This document shows, in pieces, positions 38,962-49,499 of a DNA stretch of 64,000 nucleotides; position 1 is the stretch's first letter; every line of letters starts with the position of its first letter. A program made the translations under genes and the position numbers. The notes below the pieces were generated by a model. The model had not been told where the DNA came from, ran no database searches, and was given only the letters and a program-made list of their open reading frames with translations. This DNA is from Acidilobaceae archaeon (GTDB taxonomy: Archaea > Thermoproteota > Thermoprotei_A > Sulfolobales > Acidilobaceae), in assembly GCA_038897215.1 (NCBI GenBank), contig JAWAWX010000001.1:480001-544000 (forward strand), written 5' to 3'.

Positions 38962-39203
38962 GTCTCTCTAAGACCTCTTGCTCTTCTTCGAATAGCCAAA
39001 GATAATTAGATGACGTTATCGACTCTTAAAAAGACTAGCTACCGCTCGAGTTCAAGCTACCGACTAGGTTACTGCCGAAGGGTCTCCAGGCTTGCCTCTA
39101 TGCTTTGTTACCGCCGCGGTTTTCCGCTGGAAAGACTTTCCATGAGGTGTGTCTACTGGCTTACTTGACGCTTCTTAGTGAGGCTGGCTCTCACGCGCTA
39201 CTC

Positions 39204-40061
39204 TTAGAGCTGAATCTTACCTAGAATTTTCTGCCTCCCATTCTCAGTTATTATGGGGGTTATCTCGATGTATGTTGAGAGAATCGTGCTCTTTATCTTA
39301 GGCAATAGCACATGCTCTATCTGAAAGAAGCCAGCGCTACTATCCATGTAGACCTTGATGTGGATCGGTCTCTCTCCCCTCTCTACCTCTACGCGTTTTA
39401 TGCTGAGTGCTGATAGGGCGTGCATGTCCGCCTTCCCCTTACTGTACGGTATGCGAGCCCTCCCTTCAGCCATGTCTGTTCCATCTGCTATCTTGACTAT
39501 ACTAGACTCGATCGTGAGCGCGGGCACGTTGTAGGCTGTGGAGTAGACTATATTGGAGACCTCGCTAGCCATCCTGTAGTATAGTCTAGGCTCCTCGCCG
39601 GGGATTATGATGGGAATCAGTCTTTTGGCTATCTCGTAGGCTAGCAACGCTCCTAGCTCTTCGTGTCTCTCTCTATGGATAGCGTTGCCTACGTCGTGTA
39701 AGGCTGCTCCAAGGAGTAGCACTATCTTAGACTGCTCTAGATTCCTGACTACCCCCTGCCCTAAGCTAGAGGGGACTAGTCCTTCGCTAATCAAGAGGTC
39801 TAGCATTAGGAGAGAGACGCCGGAAACTATAGCTATGTGGACGGGCCCGTGATCGTTGTAGAGGAGTCTCGTGACAGCGTTCACGTTCGACATCTTAGCC
39901 AGCTCTTGGACCTCCAAGTCGCTCGTCAGAACGCTCCAGGCTCTAGCTATAGTGGGGTCTTTGCGCGCGTACTCTTCTATGAGATGTGGGCCCACGATGG
40001 GCAAGACTATCACCTCAAAGCTTGAGAATAGCTGGACGGAGACTCGACCTCTTTGCATCAC
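39204..40061 (-). CDS. HD-domain phosphohydrolase
   Basis: YNDHGPVH, LHDVGNAIHR, IADGTDMAEGRAR. Confidence 0.9.
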   Translation of the reverse strand: MMQRGRVSVQLFSSFEVIVLPIVGPHLIEEYARKDPTIARAWSVLTSDLEVQELAKMSNVNAVTRLLYNDHGPVHIAIVSGVSLLMLDLLISEGLVPSSLGQGVVRNLEQSKIVLLLGAALHDVGNAIHRERHEELGALLAYEIAKRLIPIIIPGEEPRLYYRMASEVSNIVYSTAYNVPALTIESSIVKIADGTDMAEGRARIPYSKGKADMHALSALSIKRVEVERGERPIHIKVYMDSSAGFFQIEHVLLPKIKSTILSTYIEITPIITENGRQKILGKIQL

Positions 40062-40066
40062 GCGTC

Positions 40067-41161
40067 TCAGATGGGTATGACTGGAGTCTCTCCGAATAGC
40101 TTGAAAGCCACCTTGTCTCCCGGCTCTACTCCAGCCAGCGGGACTACTCTGACTCCAAGAGGCTTCCTCTTAGTCTTCGAGTATGCTGCTACTTCTAAGA
40201 TCAAGCCGGCTACTCCCTCTACATCGGCTGGCACGACAGCCAGGTCTAGTCCAGCTAAGCACACTCCAGAGAGTCTAGCTAAGTCTCTGGCTGTAACACT
40301 CGACTCTACTACTCTGACTTTAAGCCTAGAGTCCTCGGCTATCGGGAGCTGGACCTCATTGTAGCCTAGTGAGGGGAGGGTTTCAGCAACCTTCTCTAGA
40401 ACATCGTTCACTACTCTGACCCCCCACGCGTACCCAGGCTTGGGCATCTTAGTCCCAGCGACTGCCTCTGTGAGACCTAGAGAAGACTCGTTCATCCAGG
40501 GGGAGACGCTGAGGTCCACTCCCCCCACCTCAGCGCCCAGAATTCTAGCAGCCTTCTCTGCTACATCGAGACCCACACGCCCAGCTCTAGCTACAGCTCT
40601 CTCTAGCTCTTCAAGCCCCCCTCTCTGATAGGCTTCAAGCAAGTAGTTAGGGTAGAGGAGCGATACTGTGACTATATCGCGGTCTCCTTGAGAATAAGCT
40701 AGGGGGAAGTAGGGAGTCACTATAGGCTCTCCTAGAGTATTGACGCCGATCCGAGTTGGATAGTTTACGTTCTCGTCTGCTATCTTGTGGAGAACAGTCG
40801 AGACTCTGAGAGCTGTGCTCCAGCTACGGTCGTCTAGGAGGATGCCCGCTATGAGGTCTAGTCTGGCTATCTCTGCTACAGCCTCCTCGAGCTGGGAGTG
40901 TGTAGCTGGGATATTCCCCACGGATGCCATGACCATGTCTGGCTTACGTTTATCTATATTCTTAGCTAGCTCCAAGAAGTTAACGTCGGGAAGCGGTGGC
41001 AAAACTAGCCTGATAGAGTTTACTGGGATCATCAAGTCTCTCTCGACCTCGCTCTTAACGTCGAGTAACCTATAGGCTAAACTCTCCACTCTCTCCCACC
41101 CCTCTTCGAACGTAGCGTGGGATAGATGCAGAACAACTGCTCTCACGGCAAACACTCTCAT
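40067..41161 (-). CDS. DUF711 (UPF0210) family protein
   Basis: TPYFP, GVDLSVSPW, GYNEVQLPIAED, VCLAGLD, KPLGVRVVP. Confidence 0.85.
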   Translation of the reverse strand: MRVFAVRAVVLHLSHATFEEGWERVESLAYRLLDVKSEVERDLMIPVNSIRLVLPPLPDVNFLELAKNIDKRKPDMVMASVGNIPATHSQLEEAVAEIARLDLIAGILLDDRSWSTALRVSTVLHKIADENVNYPTRIGVNTLGEPIVTPYFPLAYSQGDRDIVTVSLLYPNYLLEAYQRGGLEELERAVARAGRVGLDVAEKAARILGAEVGGVDLSVSPWMNESSLGLTEAVAGTKMPKPGYAWGVRVVNDVLEKVAETLPSLGYNEVQLPIAEDSRLKVRVVESSVTARDLARLSGVCLAGLDLAVVPADVEGVAGLILEVAAYSKTKRKPLGVRVVPLAGVEPGDKVAFKLFGETPVIPI

Positions 41162-41458
41162 CGCCTCCGCTGAAGCCGAGCCGCTAAGTGTAGGCTATAT
41201 GGTAGGCTATTAAGCTATCATACATCCGAGGTTCTATCGATCGGTCAAGCGATAGAGTTGAGTGCTGGGAATCCCGGGGCTTGCTTTACGCTGGTTTGAG
41301 CGCGCTCGAGTCATGCGAGCAAGTGAGCTAAGTGCGTGCTGAGCGGGAAGTACGTCTTTAGAGCTATAGAGTTAGTCGTAGAGAGCGCGTTTATGATGAA
41401 GAAAAAACTAGTCGAGATGACTAGTCCTGTGTGATACTGTAGAAATCGATGTGACCCC

Positions 41459-41818
41459 CTAGCTTGATAGGATATCGAAGATTACGATGGCAGATGTGAG
41501 GAAGGCTAGCAGATGTGCTAGAGAGAGCTCTAAGACCTCAGAGATTAGTGATAGCTTCAGTCTCCTCAGCTTAGCTAGAGTAACTATGAGGGTCATTGTA
41601 GCTATGGCGTTTGCTACGAGTCCAGCTATGGTGGCTAGAGTGAGTCTATCCGGATAGATGGCCTCCCAGAGGGCCCAAACTCCAACAGCGTAAATCATGC
41701 CTAGAAACGAGCCCGTGCTGATAGCTATCACTACATGGGGTTTGAGGAGTTCTAATAGACTCCTGGCTTGGCTCGCGTTCACGTCTTCATAGCACCGGAT
41801 CTCCAGAGTATCATCCAC
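41459..41818 (-). CDS. Small three-TM membrane protein
   Basis: Three hydrophobic segments; overlaps the end of the flavin reductase gene. Confidence 0.6.
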   Translation of the reverse strand: MDDTLEIRCYEDVNASQARSLLELLKPHVVIAISTGSFLGMIYAVGVWALWEAIYPDRLTLATIAGLVANAIATMTLIVTLAKLRRLKLSLISEVLELSLAHLLAFLTSAIVIFDILSS

Positions 41819-42333
41819 GACTCTTCTTTGAGTTCATAGATTCCAGAGTTCCAGTAGACTAAGGGGAGCTCTTTAGAGTTCGAGTACGCGTCGACAACCT
41901 TGCCTACGACTAGCACATGGTCTCCTATCTCTATCTCCTTGTAGAGTTCGCATTCTAGAACTAGAGGAGACTCTGGTATAATGGGAGCTACGATCTTCCT
42001 CCCTTTCTGTGGGACTATCTTAGCTGCCTCAAATTTATCCATTCTAGTTCCAGAAACTCCCCCGAATACGTTGAGAGCTACTTGTAGAAGCTTCCGCGGC
42101 ACTGTCATAACAGCGAAAGCCTTATACTCTCTGATTAGCTTAAGTGTATGCCTGCCTGGAGCTGATGTGAAGCCGACGAGAAGCGGGTCTCCGGAGAGCT
42201 GTGTAAACAACACGACAACCATGCCTCCCCGTTTTCCGGGCTTCTCGGGGTCTCCTGCTGTCACTATGAGGAGTGGCTGAGGCACTTTCTCTATAAACTC
42301 TAGTAGACTCGTGGACGCTACCTCTTCAACCAC
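41779..42333 (-). CDS. Flavin reductase family protein
   Basis: IVTAG, DPLLVG, HTLKLI, MDKF, LECEL, GDHVLVVGKV. Confidence 0.88.
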   Translation of the reverse strand: MVEEVASTSLLEFIEKVPQPLLIVTAGDPEKPGKRGGMVVVLFTQLSGDPLLVGFTSAPGRHTLKLIREYKAFAVMTVPRKLLQVALNVFGGVSGTRMDKFEAAKIVPQKGRKIVAPIIPESPLVLECELYKEIEIGDHVLVVGKVVDAYSNSKELPLVYWNSGIYELKEESWMILWRSGAMKT

Positions 42334-42379
42334 ATCTGCTTACCGTTAAACCCTCTTTAATACTATAGTTTAAATATCT

Positions 42380-43072
42380 TTGGTACGAAGAATACTAGTG
42401 ACCTCAACTTTCCCAGAATCCTTTCACAAAACGGTCTACAAAATTCTGAGTTATGCTCTAAGCTGTAGCCTACTAAGAGCCTACTTGTACTACAGAGGGG
42501 TGGTTTGCTTAGAGACCTCGAGGATCATTTGCTGGCTTAGAGGAGACCCGGAGTTTGTGGCTGTAGCTAGGAGAGCTAGGAGTCTCCTCGGTCTTCAGGG
42601 AGTAGCTGTCTTGATGGTATCCGATACTACTCGAGTTGATTGCGATGCTATCGTGTGTTGTGGCTGTAGCGCTGAGGAGATATGCAGAGACGACCCCTGG
42701 TCTTCGCTTTTCGAAGCTCTGTCTCCTCGAAGACGCTTCCATACATTGAGGATAGGTGTGGACCCAGGGTCTCTTTGCTCTCTTGCAGCTTACGCAGACA
42801 ACTTCCTCATCTGGCTTGAGAAAAACGAGTGCACAGTGATAACAACGAGAACAAAATGGCTCACGTCTATAGTCCCAGCTAGCCACGTCATAGTCAACGT
42901 GGGTAGCGGTCCTGGATGGGAGCGTGTAGCAAGAGAGCTAAGTAGTCTCGGCGTATCCTTTAGGATAGTTTCTGAAACAGAAACTAGCTCGAAGCCTCTA
43001 CATAGTAGATTGAGATATGAGATAAAAGACGAAGACCTTCTAGCCGCTATGACTATATCGCTGAGTTCTTGA
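42380..43072 (+). CDS. Hypothetical protein with an RNase H-like (YqgF-like) C-terminal domain
   Basis: RIGVDPG, VNVGSG, IVSETETS, DEDLLAA. Confidence 0.6.
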   Translation: MVRRILVTSTFPESFHKTVYKILSYALSCSLLRAYLYYRGVVCLETSRIICWLRGDPEFVAVARRARSLLGLQGVAVLMVSDTTRVDCDAIVCCGCSAEEICRDDPWSSLFEALSPRRRFHTLRIGVDPGSLCSLAAYADNFLIWLEKNECTVITTRTKWLTSIVPASHVIVNVGSGPGWERVARELSSLGVSFRIVSETETSSKPLHSRLRYEIKDEDLLAAMTISLSS

Positions 43073-43256
43073 AGACTCTCTATTCGACACCTAGCTATTC
43101 TAGTGCCTTCCCACTACTGACTCTTCTCCCGAGAGCGTTGCCTGAGACGCTCTAGATAGCGTCTCTCAAGGCATCTCTGACTAAAGATCTCTCGAGGTCA
43201 GAGAGAGGACCCGCGTGATCTGCTATCTTAGCGAAGCGTGGGGGTCTAGTAGAGTG

Positions 43257-44081
43257 CTATGAGTTAGACGAGTCAGGCTCTATGTGGATCGTCACCTCTA
43301 ACTTGTATTTCTCGACTAGCTCTTTCTCTATCAGCGATGCTATCTCGTGTGCTTTCTCAACGCTCATACTGCCGGGCAGTATTACGATCATGTCTCCTAT
43401 CAGCCTGTCTCCTGCTTCTCTAAACCTGAGAGATTTTACTAGATACCCTCTACTCTTTAGGTACTCCCTGACCTCCGCTGAAAGAGAAGGTTCTACTCTA
43501 TCGGCTACTATGTTTATGAGAGTCCAGGAGTTCCTAGCAGTCTCCCCCGCCCAGAAGACGACTAGGAGAATTGCTCCAGCCAGGTCGACTAGGTAGTGGT
43601 AGAAAGCACCGCCAGAGCTCGCAATGACTCCAATCGCGCTTTCTAAGAGCTCGCCATACGTGTATCTAGCATATACCTCTCCCTCTACTCCAGCTCTTCT
43701 CCCTAGGAGTACGGCTAGCCCGTAGAAGAGAGAACCTAGAATTGCTAAGAGTGGTGCTCGATACTCTACAGAGTATTCCCTTCCACTAGTCAACAAGATA
43801 TATGACACGAGGAAGCCCAATACTAGGCTATAAGTGCTCGTAGCTACAGCTATAGAGGCGAGCCTTAGCCTCCTATGTCCATACATGTGGTCTGCGTCAG
43901 GTTCTCTCAAACTAAGCTTGTAGAAGACAACCATAGCTATAGCCACGAGCAGGTTCGCGAAACAGGTGATAGCATCGACTAGGAGAGACTTAGAGCCGTA
44001 GAGTAAGCCGCCCGCCATCTTAGTTAAGCCGCCCGCGAAGCTTAAAGCGAGTATTGCTAGAAAGAGCTTCAGCTCGCTCAA
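43257..44081 (-). CDS. Cation diffusion facilitator (FieF-like) transporter
   Basis: SKSLLVDA, EPDADHMYGH, C-terminal SVEKAHEIA...TIHIEP. Confidence 0.9.
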   Translation of the reverse strand: MSELKLFLAILALSFAGGLTKMAGGLLYGSKSLLVDAITCFANLLVAIAMVVFYKLSLREPDADHMYGHRRLRLASIAVATSTYSLVLGFLVSYILLTSGREYSVEYRAPLLAILGSLFYGLAVLLGRRAGVEGEVYARYTYGELLESAIGVIASSGGAFYHYLVDLAGAILLVVFWAGETARNSWTLINIVADRVEPSLSAEVREYLKSRGYLVKSLRFREAGDRLIGDMIVILPGSMSVEKAHEIASLIEKELVEKYKLEVTIHIEPDSSNS

Positions 44082-44193
44082 CTACTACTCCTCACTATAA
44101 GCTTTGCAACAAAGGTCTTTTTAAATTCGATGATACAGCAGTCTGAGAGTCTGCTTTTGAGCTAGGCTAGAGGCTAGCGAGAGCTCCTGGATA

Positions 44194-44247
44194 TCAGAAA
44201 GGCCAGGATAGCTCATCTTCTTCGCTTTGCCGTGTACTCATCATCAT
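44194..44247 (-). ncRNA. Candidate box C/D sRNA with canonical terminal boxes
   Basis: ATGATGA-12 nt-GCGA-AG-AAGATGA-15 nt-CTGA, about 51 nt, with a TTATTTAA TATA box about 25 nt upstream (44271-44278). Confidence 0.6.
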
Positions 44248-44285
44248 CTCTAGCGCATACCGGGGGAGACTTAAATAACCAATTG

Positions 44286-45135
44286 CTAATCTCTCGTCTT
44301 GAGACGGAATCTCTTCACTCCAGATATCTCTATAGACTCGACCAGCCCTGCCTCCTCGAGCTTCTTGAGTCTCCTATAGAGTGGGGTTTTGGGTATGCCT
44401 GTGATCTGCTGGAGCTCTACGGCTGTAAGCCCCCCTCTTTCTCTCAGAGCCTCGATTATAGCTCTATCTCTCTCATCCAGATCTAGAGAGTGCGCTCCGC
44501 TATCCTTTCTTCGCGCGAAATTTACGCCTATATACTAGAAGAGCTACGAGCAAGCCGAATACTAAGAGTGCTAGAGCGATCGCGATATAGGGTAGCAGAG
44601 AGGGGGCTTCTGCTTTCTCGACTGGCGCTAGGACGTACTCTACCTCTATCTCAGTCCCTTTGGGGAAGACTAGGACTAGATTGTCTCCGCGAGCGAGAAC
44701 CCTGTAGTCCTGAGGCTTCACCGAGACTAGAACAGCCCCAGGGGGCAAAATGACCTCTACGGGGAAGCCATGGGGATTAACGACTAGAGTCCAGACCGCT
44801 CCGCTTTTCGATGTGAGTCTAGCTGAGTAAGCTTCGACTACGCTGAGCCTAGTGGTGGCTAGAAATCTGAGAATGCCTCTCGCTTCATCGTACTCATATG
44901 GGACAGGCTCGTTGTCGCAACGAACAATAACACTATCCGCGTTCTTAATTATAGTCGTCTCTATGTTCACAGGAGGGGTTTCAACCCTTATCTCGTAGAC
45001 GGCTTTCACATCGCCAGACTCCATCACGTAAATCTTTCCAGAGACAACCTGAGCTTCTACAATATGAGCTAGAGAGAGTAGAGCGAAGAGGAGGAATAAA
45101 GCTAGCTTCGCCTTCATGTAGCTAGTCGACCTCAT
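44286..45135 (-). pseudogene. Membrane-anchored protein with a C-terminal winged HTH, split by a +1 frameshift near 44500-44530
   Basis: Signal peptide, beta ectodomain and TM helix (45135-44500). The +1 frame then reads DSGAHSLDLDERDRAIIEALRERGGLTAVELQQITGIPKTPLYRRLKKLEEAGLV to TAG at 44286-44288, with no ATG/GTG/TTG before the HTH. Confidence 0.75.
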
Positions 45136-45486
45136 CTAGCGCGCCTGCCCTCTCTGCCTCTTTATAACTCTCCTAAGCCTAGACCCTATCATTAAATCAT
45201 TGCGCTTAACGTACTCCGCTAGCTGGGAAAGCACTGCTTTGAACTCCTCATCTGAGATGCTGTAGAGCACCTTCTTGCCAACGCGTTTCTTGCTCAGAAT
45301 ACCTGCTCTACTCAGGAATCCTAGGTGATAGGATACTAGATTCACGGGTCTCCCTACTGCTCTCGAAACCTCCATGGGAGATGCTGGTCCGAGGAAAGCG
45401 ATACGCAGCAATACTCTTAGTCTAGTAGGGTCTGATAGCGATTTAAAGATTCTGATAAGCCCCTCTACAGGCAACTCGGTCTCCAA
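45136..45486 (-). CDS. ArsR/SmtB family transcriptional regulator
   Basis: FKSLSDPTRLRVL, VSYHLGFLSRAGIL, GKKVLYSI. Confidence 0.9.
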   Translation of the reverse strand: METELPVEGLIRIFKSLSDPTRLRVLLRIAFLGPASPMEVSRAVGRPVNLVSYHLGFLSRAGILSKKRVGKKVLYSISDEEFKAVLSQLAEYVKRNDLMIGSRLRRVIKRQRGQAR

Positions 45487-45552
45487 ATCGGGGTCCCACG
45501 AGCTATCTTTCCCACAGAAGCGCTAATAAGATTTTAATTTTGAGAGTGGTTG

Positions 45553-46797
45553 CTAGAATAGCTGAACCTCTCCTCTGAGGATCTTATCGACGTACGATAC
45601 TATGTTCTCGAGCTTCTCCTCAGCTACTCCTATAGCTTCATTAGCTATATCTGGGCTTAGCTGAACTCCCTGCGCCATCTTAATCTTGATATCAGCTATG
45701 AGGGGGTCGTCGATGGGTCTCCCTATCTGGCTTAGTAGGGAGACGTAGACTTCTCTCACGCCTCTCGGCTCTAGGAGCGTGTATATAGATTCAGCTATGT
45801 CTCTAGCTACCACGTTGTATATCTTTCCAACATGGCTAACTGGATTCTTGCCTGCTGTCGCCTCGAGACTCATAGGTCGGAATGGAGTGATAAGCCCGTT
45901 GACTCTATTCCCTCTACCTGTGGCTCCATCGTCACCGTGCTCAGCGCTAGTACCGGTTACTGTGAGATAATATATCCCTCTTTCTCTCGAATCAGCTGTG
46001 TTGATATGAGCCTCGATCTCGTAGTCTGGCGCTATCTTCGAGGCTAGAGTGAGAACCTCTTCTCTCACATCACTCTTTATGGAGAAGTACTCGTCGGGAT
46101 CTAGTATCAGGCTACTGATCATAGCCGTGGCTATAGTTAAAGTTATCTTTTTACCTTTACGTAATCCCATCACCTTAACGTCCTCTCCGACAGCTGGATA
46201 TTTTTTCTTGAACTCTCTGCTATTGAGGAGCCTCTCAGTCTCTAGAACTAGCCTCTCTAGAGTAGATAAGGGCGCGAAGCCTAGCCCTACGCTCGTATCG
46301 TTAGCTAGAGGTACTCTAGCCTCAGCTTCAACTATAGACTTTAAGTCCGCGCTACCTTTGCCTATCTTATAGTCTATGATCACATGAGAATCGGGGTCTA
46401 AGAATCTGAAGTTCTTCTTCAACCACGACTTAGAAGCATCTACTATCAGAGTCCCGAAGGGAACGTATTCTACTCTACCATCGCTTATCACTTCAGTAGT
46501 GACTCTGCCCGATACTATTATCCTAATAGGCTGAAGAACCTCCCCTCCTCCAAACCATGGATTAGCTTGCCCTCCAACGAGAAGAACCTTGTCTACGTTG
46601 TGATGCAGGATTCTTCCGAATTTCTCGAGATAGTATTTGCTGAGAGCTACGCTAACAGCCTCAGACACGGCATCGCAGATGTGATCTGGGTGGCCGAGAC
46701 CCTTTCTCTCGACTATCTCTACCTCCATATCGGCAACGCTGGGCGCTCTCCACTCTTCAACATAGACGTTTCTAGTAACCCTATTCTCTCTAATCAA
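45553..46797 (-). CDS. mat: S-adenosylmethionine synthetase, archaeal type
   Basis: [46 protein letters not shown]. Confidence 0.97.
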   Translation of the reverse strand: MIRENRVTRNVYVEEWRAPSVADMEVEIVERKGLGHPDHICDAVSEAVSVALSKYYLEKFGRILHHNVDKVLLVGGQANPWFGGGEVLQPIRIIVSGRVTTEVISDGRVEYVPFGTLIVDASKSWLKKNFRFLDPDSHVIIDYKIGKGSADLKSIVEAEARVPLANDTSVGLGFAPLSTLERLVLETERLLNSREFKKKYPAVGEDVKVMGLRKGKKITLTIATAMISSLILDPDEYFSIKSDVREEVLTLASKIAPDYEIEAHINTADSRERGIYYLTVTGTSAEHGDDGATGRGNRVNGLITPFRPMSLEATAGKNPVSHVGKIYNVVARDIAESIYTLLEPRGVREVYVSLLSQIGRPIDDPLIADIKIKMAQGVQLSPDIANEAIGVAEEKLENIVSYVDKILRGEVQLF

Positions 46798-46924
46798 CTC
46801 TCTTCCCCGGGGGCTTTCCAGCCTCCTACTCCTATAAGGTTTTTATTTCTCAAACATACCCGCAAAGCCTCTGATGTACTCTCAAGAATGTATGCTAACG
46901 GTTGACAATGAAATAGTAAGATTT

Positions 46925-47001
<77 letters not shown>

Positions 47002-47390
47002 GCTCTCCGCTTGTTACCCGTCTTGTGTTGTGAGAACTTATAAGGATTATAAATGAGAAGACTGGTCATGGCCAAGGCTTGAGGCTAACTCTGACCTCCT
47101 ATCGAATACCTAGTAAAACCGTGAACCATACGGTATCGCGACGGGATGCGTCTTGTTGCAATCACCCTCAGACCGCGGGTGAACGATATGCTCAGCGCCT
47201 TCATCTACAGATCTCGTTGTAAGTAGCTAGTTATGCTACCGTGGCTTCAGCGGACTATTGCTAAGTCATTCTATGAAGTGTACTCTCAGAGAGCTCTAAG
47301 AGTCTCTGATGAATTGTTATAAGGTCTACTCTAGGTGCTCTTTGAAGGTAGCCGAGTATGACTATAGGGCTGTTGAAGGGAGTAAACTCG

Positions 47391-47615
47391 ATGGGTCATG
47401 TTGGATGGTTTACTGTCAAGTGTAGGATTTGCGCTACCCCCATAGACCTGCTTGGAGGCGTTGGTAGGTCGAAGAAGCAAGTAGCCTACGCTTGCCCCAA
47501 GTGTAGAGCTACTCTTGAAGCCTACTTCTGCCACGCTTGTAGCAGGACGGTTAAGTACAAGTGTCCTTATTGTGGAAGCAAGCTCCTCATAGTGACTCCT
47601 ATTTTTGAGGAGTAA
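47391..47615 (+). CDS. Small double zinc-ribbon protein
   Basis: Four CxxC motifs (CRIC, CPKC, CHAC, CPYC) in 74 aa. Confidence 0.8.
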   Translation: MGHVGWFTVKCRICATPIDLLGGVGRSKKQVAYACPKCRATLEAYFCHACSRTVKYKCPYCGSKLLIVTPIFEE

Positions 47616-47622
47616 AACGGTT

Positions 47623-47985
47623 ATGGGCATAGCTGTTCTCGAGGAATACTTTGATAGATTCTATAGAGTAATCCGTGTAGACTCTCCTGGAGGCGATAGG
47701 CTTTACAGCATAGACTATTACGTTAGGCTATCTAAAGCCCCGAGATCGTGCTCTGAGGTGCTCGCACTAGACTCTGTTCAACTATGTTACGCTAAGCTGA
47801 ATCTCTGCGAAGCACTAATACTCATCTATGAGAATAGAAGGATAGAGCTGATCAGCCTTAGGCTAAAGACTAGAACAGACTCAGATCCAGTTGATGGCTC
47901 TCTCTCGAAAGCTAGAGCTCTGTGCGTAGAGGAGGCGCAAAGACTAGTTGAGGCTATGCGCTCTAGTCTCGGGAGGGAAGGATAG
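47623..47985 (+). CDS. Hypothetical protein
   Basis: ATG preceded by GAGGAG; in an operon with its neighbours. Confidence 0.7.
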   Translation: MGIAVLEEYFDRFYRVIRVDSPGGDRLYSIDYYVRLSKAPRSCSEVLALDSVQLCYAKLNLCEALILIYENRRIELISLRLKTRTDSDPVDGSLSKARALCVEEAQRLVEAMRSSLGREG

Positions 47986-48676
47986 CGTTTACACTCTACA
48001 TAGAGCTATCTGGGAGGGACACAGTCTAGAGTGTCTAATAGTGTTTCATAGCATGAGAGACGATAGCTGGCTTTTTCACACACCAGCAACTAGACTCGTA
48101 GCTCTACAAGCTGAAGCCATGGGGGTTAGAGAGGAGTTAGAGGAGTTCACGATATCAGGCTCCAGGCACTCAGAGCTTCTCGAGCTAGAGGACGCTATGA
48201 GAAGAGTGGCTAGAAGACGTAAAGCCGAGGGTCTGGCGGTTGGAGTGATATCGAGTAGGTACCAGAGAGACAGGATGAGTCTTATAGCGTCGAGACTAGG
48301 GCTCGTGCTCTATACTCCCCTATGGAGCGTCAGCCAGGAGGAGCACATGAGGTCTCTCGTTAGAGAGGGCTTCAAGATAGTGATCACCAGAATCTCTACT
48401 ATGGGGCTTCACCCGAAATTCCTAGGAGTCGTCCTCAAGCCCGAGCACATAGAGGAGATAATCGCTCTCTCCAAGAGGTTCGGCTTCAATCCCGCATTTG
48501 AGGGAGGCGAGGCTGAGACCCTCGTCGTTGAAGCTCCCTTATTCAAGAAGAAGCTATGCTTGGAGGGTCGTGTGACTAGAGAGTCTCTCGATTCATACAG
48601 TTTGCACGTCGAGAGAGCCTGGCTGGAGCCAAGAGGGGGTGATGATTGCATATTCGTTAGAAGGAGCTTAGGCTAG
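47948..48676 (+). CDS. Diphthine--ammonia ligase family PP-loop ATPase
   Basis: SGGKDS, DSWLFHTP, SRYQ, PLW, FEGGEAET. Confidence 0.9.
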   Translation: MRLCALVSGGKDSVYTLHRAIWEGHSLECLIVFHSMRDDSWLFHTPATRLVALQAEAMGVREELEEFTISGSRHSELLELEDAMRRVARRRKAEGLAVGVISSRYQRDRMSLIASRLGLVLYTPLWSVSQEEHMRSLVREGFKIVITRISTMGLHPKFLGVVLKPEHIEEIIALSKRFGFNPAFEGGEAETLVVEAPLFKKKLCLEGRVTRESLDSYSLHVERAWLEPRGGDDCIFVRRSLG

Positions 48677-49417
48677 GCTTCTGCCTAGAAGCTTCTCGCT
48701 ATTCCCTCTAGCAACCTCGAGAAGGTCTGCTACACTCAATCCTCTAATCTCGGCAACGAGTTTGACAGTATCTCTCACCATGAGAGGGCTCAGCTTAAGC
48801 CCTCTATACTCATAAGGAGCATCGCTCTCGAAGACTATAGAGCTTAACGGTACACTCTTAGCTATCTGAGCGTGCTTCTCCTGAATTCTAATAGCGGGAT
48901 TTATGGAGACTTTGTAGCCTCTTAGCGCTATCAGCTGCGCTAAGTCTAGAGGACCCGTGTACCAGTGGAATAGAGCTCTATCTATCTCAAAGTCTTCCAG
49001 GAGTTCGAGGACCTCTCGCCAGGCATCGGGAGTGTGGAGTACAAGGAAGGACGAGGTCTCTCTAGCTAGGTTGAGGAAGCGGAGAAACACCTCCCGCTGG
49101 ATCTGCATGGTGTAGCTCGGCACGAATCTAGCGTCTATGCCAACCTCTCCTAAGCACGAGATACCAACTCTGTAAGCTATTCTGAGGACTTCATCGACTT
49201 CTAGCAGTCCACCACCACGCCTCAGATTCCAGGGGTGAAAGCCAGCACAGGGCACTACCCTATCGGGGTATATCTGGCTCAGCTCTAGCGTCCTCATCAG
49301 AGAATCTAGGTCATCGGAGACAGCGACTACCCGTAGCTCTCTATCTTTCTCTAGGATCCTGGATACTTCTTCGTATCCATACTCGTAGAGATGGCAGTGC
49401 ATATCGTAAACCAGCAT
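48668..49417 (-). CDS. TatD family hydrolase
   Basis: DMHCH, GFHPW, LGEVGID, VLH, FHW, FESDAP. Confidence 0.92.
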   Translation of the reverse strand: MLVYDMHCHLYEYGYEEVSRILEKDRELRVVAVSDDLDSLMRTLELSQIYPDRVVPCAGFHPWNLRRGGGLLEVDEVLRIAYRVGISCLGEVGIDARFVPSYTMQIQREVFLRFLNLARETSSFLVLHTPDAWREVLELLEDFEIDRALFHWYTGPLDLAQLIALRGYKVSINPAIRIQEKHAQIAKSVPLSSIVFESDAPYEYRGLKLSPLMVRDTVKLVAEIRGLSVADLLEVARGNSEKLLGRSLA

Positions 49418-49499
49418 TTCTAGAAAGCCCTCCGGTCAGCTGAACTCACATCACTACTTTTAAGGTCTACGTGTTAAGCCTCGAAGAGAGGGCTCTGAC

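Noticed and set aside
39119-39135. TTTCCGCTGGAAA resembling a mini-ORB replication origin box
   Set aside because: Single imperfect copy, with no AT-rich unwinding element and no adjacent orc1/cdc6.
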